Source: Camelus ferus (taxonomy: Eukaryota). Taken from it: 64,000 nt of DNA. Below are positions 58,903 to 64,000 of this stretch, piece by piece. Numbering within the stretch: the first letter of the stretch is position 1; the number at the start of each line of letters is the position of its first letter. The DNA is taken from assembly GCF_009834535.1 (NCBI RefSeq), contig NC_045696.1, positions 70,930,001 through 70,994,000 of the forward strand, written 5' to 3'. Position numbers and translations under genes: made by a program. A model generated the notes under the pieces. That model was not told where the DNA came from. It saw only the letters and a list, made by a program, of their open reading frames with translations, and did not search any database.

Positions 58903-61900
58903 GTAAGAACAGCCTTGAGAGAACTAGGGCTAAATCAGAACTTGGTGGAGGGGAAAGAGAAAGGAGATGGGGGTGGGGGTGGGGGTCCCATTTCCCAGGA
59001 AGAAGGTCTCTGAGGGGCACATTCCCTGGATTTCAGGTCTGGGTCCTAAGTGGGAATTCCTGGGCCACCACCCAACAATAATTTCTTCCTTATCCACCCC
59101 TTTCAACTTCACATCTCTTCATTTAAGAATTGCTCCTCAGTGGTCATACTTCTCCTAACTGCAAGACTAACTTTGTCCAGCCCGGCTCCTCCTGCTTGTG
59201 ACCCCCGACTACTAAATAAACTGCTTCGTGACTCCCACGTCCTTCACAGCAGACTGGTGAGAATCCCCAAGCACTCTCCCCTCTATCCACCTACCTAGTG
59301 AGATACCCTCACTCCCATCACTTCCTCTCACCCCCTGATCCAATCACTACTCTCCCAGTAGTCTTTGGTAAGACCACCACCCCCTGATCACCACATGTTG
59401 ACAATGATTGTGGTTTACAATCAAACCCTCTTTTAAAAGCTCTCGTCTGGTTATATTACTCTTAGAAGCCTATCCTGGTTATTGGGCCACCATACCCCCC
59501 TCTATTTCAGCTCCCTCTCCACCACCCCTCCACCAATCTTTTCCAACAGAGCCAGTGCCCAGACATTAACCCTTTGTCCACACCTGTCCTGCTGCCTGCT
59601 GTGGACTTCAGCTTGGGAGAATGGAAAACCCAGACGGTAAGAAAGCCATCCTTTCCCTTGGTTTCCCTAGTCCTGTCTTCATCTGTTTCCGACTGCTTCC
59701 CATGGATTCTTCAAAATTCCTGAGCTCCCTAAAAAGATCTCACCTTCAGCTTGGCCATTCTAACCCAATCTACATTCTGCTATGGGGATATCCTCTGGAC
59801 AAGATGATGGCTTGTGGTCCAGTATGTTAAATAGAGTCAAAGCTGACTACCATGAAAAGCAAGATAGAAGTCTCTTATGGCCATGCCTTTGACCTATTTC
59901 CGTTCAATCTTCTTAAGCTAGCATGAAGAAGTAAGATGATCTGTTGTCCTCAGATGACACAAAACTGGAGAGTATAGCTAAAATTAAAAAAAAAAACAGA
60001 ATTGAGGTTCAAACTGCTAAAAGGCTAGGTTGAAAACAAGGTGGAATTTAGCAGAGATGTATACAAAATTCAACATATCAAGTAACTGAATAAAGTCCTA
60101 CTCCAGCTTTCAGGCCACAGTGCTCCTGCTTCCCTCTTATAAACTTCTAGCCCTAGTACTTACTATGAAAAATATCTGGGAGGGTTAAATTGATCCCCAA
60201 ATTAGCATTGTAATGACATTATCGAAGCAGCTACTTAAAAAGCTAGGGATTCTAGGTAGCTTTAGATGTTTAACATCCACATTACAGAAACATTCCTGTA
60301 AAACTATTCCAAGTGGACTGCACTTAAAGTACTGTGCTGAGTACTAGCCAGCCTCTTTTAGACACATGCTCATTTCTTCAGAGGAACTGTATTAAACTAG
60401 CATGTTTCCAAAAGGAGGAAGCAACCTGAACAGTAAGAGATTAGAAAATATGTTATGTGAGGAACAGTTAAAAAAATAATGCAGCTTGTGTGATTAGCTT
60501 GGAGAAGAGGGGCAGTCTTGTGGTAGAGCATGAAGTGCTTTAGCCTGACACTCAGAAAACCTCCTGGGAGGGAGTGCTCCTTGGAAAGCCAGCTCTTCTA
60601 CCCTCAAGATCCCTAGAATTCCCTTTCTGCCCTCAGGTCTTCTGGAGTCCTGGGTTAGGAAAGAAGGGCAATTGCTAGGGATCTCTTATAGTTCCAGCTC
60701 CATCATTTATCAGTAAGCCCCCCCATCCCTTTATCTTTATAATCTTTATGATGGTCTCAACTCTACATTGAGTTTTCAAAAAATCATATGACTCTAAGAT
60801 TTTGTAGCAGATAGAGTAGATTTGCAACACTAGAACCAGGAGGTAAAAGCTACAATAGGACAGATTTCAGCACAATGTGAGGAGGGATAAAAGCTTTTCT
60901 GACTGGAATTAAGTGTAAGACCAGGCTGGGTTACTGGACACTGGAGTTATTCAAGCAGAGGCTGATGACCAATTGTCGGGAGACTGTGAAGGAATTCCTG
61001 TGCTGGGTGGGACCTTGGTCCTGTCCAATTCTCAGCTCCTATGATTCATTCTGCTGGCTACTCCTACAGGCTCCCCACCCACTATTAGCATACCCTTTGA
61101 AGCTGTCCGCTTCTCTCCTCCATCTCTTTCCAGGAGCAGACCAAGGCACAGGACGTTCTGGGAGCGGCGACCCTTCTGCTGGAGGCAGTGATGGCAGCAC
61201 GGGGACAACTGGGACCCAGCTGCCTCTCATCCCTGCTGGTGCAGCTTTCTGGACAGGTCCGCCTCCTCCTTGGGGCCCTACAGGGCCTCCTTGGAACCCA
61301 GGTAAGTCCCAGTCAAGGCAGCTACAGAAACTGTCTTTCTTTTCTGACTCCCCTTAGAAGACCTGAGGGAAGAAAGGGGAATTCTAGAAATCTTGAGGGT
61401 GGAAGAGCTGACCTGCTAAGGGGTGCTCCCTCCCAGCCACAAAACCTGGGTGCTGGTACCTTATCTTTCCCACATAGACCAGGAGGCATGATATCTGGTG
61501 CAGTTCTCTGGCCTCAGGCCCATCCTCTGCCCTCAGCTTCCTCCACAGGGCAGGATCACAGCTCACAAGGATCCCAGTGCCATCTTCCTGAGCTTCCAAC
61601 AACTGCTCCGAGGAAAGGTGCGTTTCCTGCTGCTTGTAATGGGGCCCACCCTCTGTGCCAAGCGGGCCCCACCCGCCACAGCTGTCCTGAGCAGCACCTC
61701 TCCATTCCTCACCCTGAACAAGCTCCCAAACAGGACTTTTGGATTGCTGGAGACAAATTCCAGTGTCTCAGCCAGAACTACTGGCTCTGGACTTCTGAAG
61801 AGACTGCAGGGATTCATAGCCAAGATTCCCAGTCTACTAAACCAAACATCCAGGTCTTCAGGCCGAATCCCTGGACACCTGAACAGGACACACAGACCCT

Positions 61901-62202
61901 TGAATGGGATTCATGGACTCTTTCCTGGACCCTCCTCCAGGGCCCTAGGAGCCCCGGGAATTCCTCTAGGAACTTCAGACATGGGCTCCCCACCACCCTA
62001 CCTTCAGCCTGGAGATTCTCCTTCCCCAGCCCATCCTCCTCCTGGACAATACACCCTCTTCTCTCCTTCACCCCCCTTACCCATCCCCATGGTCCAGCTC
62101 CAACCCCTCCTTCCTGACCCCTCTGCTATCACACCCAACTCTACCAGTCCTCTTCTAGTTGCAGCCCATCCTCACTTCCGGAATCTGTCTCAGGGAGAGT
62201 AA
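58890..62202 (+). CDS. THPO: Thrombopoietin; coding exons 58890-58902, 59141-59256, 59550-59636, 61134-61301, 61537-62202; 349 aa when the downstream acceptor (59141) is used
   Basis: [51 protein letters not shown]...|EQTKAQD...|LPPQGR...NLSQGE*; EPO-like domain with 4 Cys, dibasic KR site, Ser/Thr/Pro-rich glycan tail; GT-AG junctions. Confidence 0.95.
59141..59256 (+). CDS. THPO: THPO coding exon 2 (in-frame acceptor; the ancestral acceptor at 59128 is out of frame)
   Basis: 116 nt; ctcctcag|tggtc; donor GTGAGA at 59257. Confidence 0.8.
59550..59636 (+). CDS. THPO: THPO coding exon 3
   Basis: [29 protein letters not shown]; 87 nt. Confidence 0.95.
59940..60980 (+). mobile_element. Ancient L3/CR1-like remnants in a THPO intron
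   Basis: cagatgacacaaaactggag and gttattcaagcagaggctgatgacca motifs. Confidence 0.5.
61134..61301 (+). CDS. THPO: THPO coding exon 4
   Basis: [10 protein letters not shown]...QGLLGTQ; 168 nt. Confidence 0.95.
61537..62202 (+). CDS. THPO: THPO last coding exon
   Basis: [13 protein letters not shown]...NLSQGE*; 666 nt including TAA. Confidence 0.95.
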   Translation, partial: LPPQGRITAHKDPSAIFLSFQQLLRGKVRFLLLVMGPTLCAKRAPPATAVLSSTSPFLTLNKLPNRTFGLLETNSSVSARTTGSGLLKRLQGFIAKIPSLLNQTSRSSGRIPGHLNRTHRPLNGIHGLFPGPSSRALGAPGIPLGTSDMGSPPPYLQPGDSPSPAHPPPGQYTLFSPSPPLPIPMVQLQPLLPDPSAITPNSTSPLLVAAHPHFRNLSQGE

Positions 62203-62291
62203 GGTACTCAGGCACTGCCAACCTCAGCATTGCCTCCCACATACAATCCCCTTACTCAGAGGAGAGGCATTGGGACACAACTGCAGCTAGA

Positions 62292-62612
62292 CAGGCATAC
62301 CTCATTTTATGGCGCTTCATTTTATTGTGCTTTACAGATACTGCATTTTTTACAAATTGAAGGTTTGTGGCAACCTTGTGTTGTCAGATCATGGTTAGCA
62401 TTTTTTAGCAATAAAGTATTTTTAATGAAGGTATATACATTGCTTTTTTAGACATAATGCTATTGCACTCTTTAATAGACTACAACATCGTGTAAACATA
62501 ACTTTTATATGCACTGGGAAACCAAAAAGATTCCTGTGACTCACTTTATTGTGATATTCACTTTATTCCAATGGTCTGGAACCGAACCCACAATATCTCC
62601 GAGGTATGCCTG
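62292..62612 (+). mobile_element. Tigger1-derived MITE in the THPO 3'UTR
   Basis: Perfect TIRs caggcatacctc / gaggtatgcctg; Tigger1 end sequences. Confidence 0.92.
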
Positions 62613-63072
62613 CACCAGATTTCCTGCTTTTGCCTGAAACCAAAGCTCTGGTAAAGGGAGACATGCAAGACAGAGAAAGTAGAATTTTTTTTACTATATA
62701 TCATAAAACTTCAGAAGCTATTTTTTTTTAAACTATCAATAATATCTACCAGGGCAGCCAGTTACCTCTTGTCTATATTCTGCACAAATGTACAACTTAC
62801 TAGTTCTCTTGTGTTCTTTTTTCATAAAATAATTCTGCAAAGGCCTGGACTAGCCTGGCTTCTGAACAGAGGTAGAGACTGACTGAGCTTCTCTGTCAGA
62901 GAAAATGAGTTTTGATTTTCTGCTCTGAACTAAGGTTAGTCTCTTTACTTTTACTATATTGTTCTTAATGGGGCTCTGATCGCTTTTTCTTAGGAGATCC
63001 TTACTCTTGAGAAATGAATGAGAAGTTGTATCTGGGAAAGGTTGTCCCAATAGATAAAACTGAGCCTGTGTA

Positions 63073-63078
63073 AATAAA
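63073..63078 (+). terminator. THPO: Candidate THPO distal poly(A) signal AATAAA
   Basis: AATAAA at the end of sequence resembling the mammalian THPO 3'UTR. Confidence 0.5.
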
Positions 63079-64000
63079 GAAAAAATGAGAGCACCCAAGA
63101 GCTACCTGAAAAGCAAGGGGAAGATGTTCTTCTTGTGGGGTCAACAGATCTCCCCCTGCCTGAGGAAAAGCTAACAGGAAACTCTGGAGAGCCTCACACC
63201 CTAGGTAAGGCTGTGCAGACAGGTCAGTCGAGACAAGACATAGATGTGACAGCTGAGCAAACAGCCAGTGCTTCAGCAGCTCAGCAGGGAGCTGCACCAG
63301 GCATGGGTTCCTGCCTCCCTCCTGTGGAGGTCAGGGGGAAGTGCAGGAAGTGGCATAAGTCCGTTTCCTAGGGTTCACACAGCAGGAGGGACAAGTACAC
63401 GTCAAGTACAAGTTGAAGTCTCATTTCCCAGTTCCTAGAAGTGCACCACATCTAAAATGCGGCCCTATGTGACCACATAAACTCTGTCAGGGGATCTCTA
63501 GAAAAGACATCAGGCTTATGGGGCTTTGCAAACAAATGCCATCTTGGTGCTTAGGAAGAGATCTCTACTGCCCCAAATAAAAACTCTATTGCAAAGTTCA
63601 GTGCTACCTCCAGAGGCTCCTGTAGCAAAACTAATGGAAACTTTTTCTTCTCCCACCTCAACTCCCCAAAGGAGAGGAAAAGCTACCATGTAGGAAGAGG
63701 AGCCAGGAACCTAGGGTTCCAAACACTGCCACAAATACCCCCAGGATCATTAAAGGCATTCCAAAACAGAATGAAAGCCAGTGTGCCAGGAACCTTATGT
63801 ACATTACCTTTTTTAACACGCACGTCTCTGTAAGGTGGGTACCCTCATCTCTACCTTACAGATGAGAAAATGGACTCAGAGAAGCCAGGCAAGTTCCCAA
63901 TGGTTTCACAGCCTGTGAGCAGGTAAAGAAACACCCTAGGCTGACTTAGTCTGGAGCCCATACTCTCCCCAGTGTGGTGCACTGTCCACTGTATCAGTTA

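Noticed and set aside
58890..62202. THPO as a pseudogene because of the exon frameshift
   Set aside because: All other exons, cysteines, splice sites and promoter motifs are intact, and an in-frame acceptor exists at 59141

Overview
Mammalian genomic DNA, most likely a camelid (tRNA-derived camelid-type SINEs; artiodactyl-like proteins). The right-hand ~17 kb holds the conserved head-to-head pair CHRD (minus strand, 23 coding exons, 46873-55122, intact 954-aa frame) and THPO (plus strand, coding 58890-62202) sharing a CpG island. The left ~46 kb is intergenic and repeat-rich (L1, HAL1-like, L2, MIR, MaLR and ERV1 LTRs, Tigger1, MER3, MER5A) and contains a processed RAN pseudogene with poly(A) and TSD. 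No prokaryotic-type system is present. The most unusual observation is in THPO: an extra A (59139) in the second coding exon frameshifts the ancestral splice form. The same base creates a new CAG acceptor that restores the frame, shortens the signal peptide by 4 aa and removes the junction-spanning stop of the inhibitory uORF. Repeat family names and human/pig comparisons are from memory, not from database searches.
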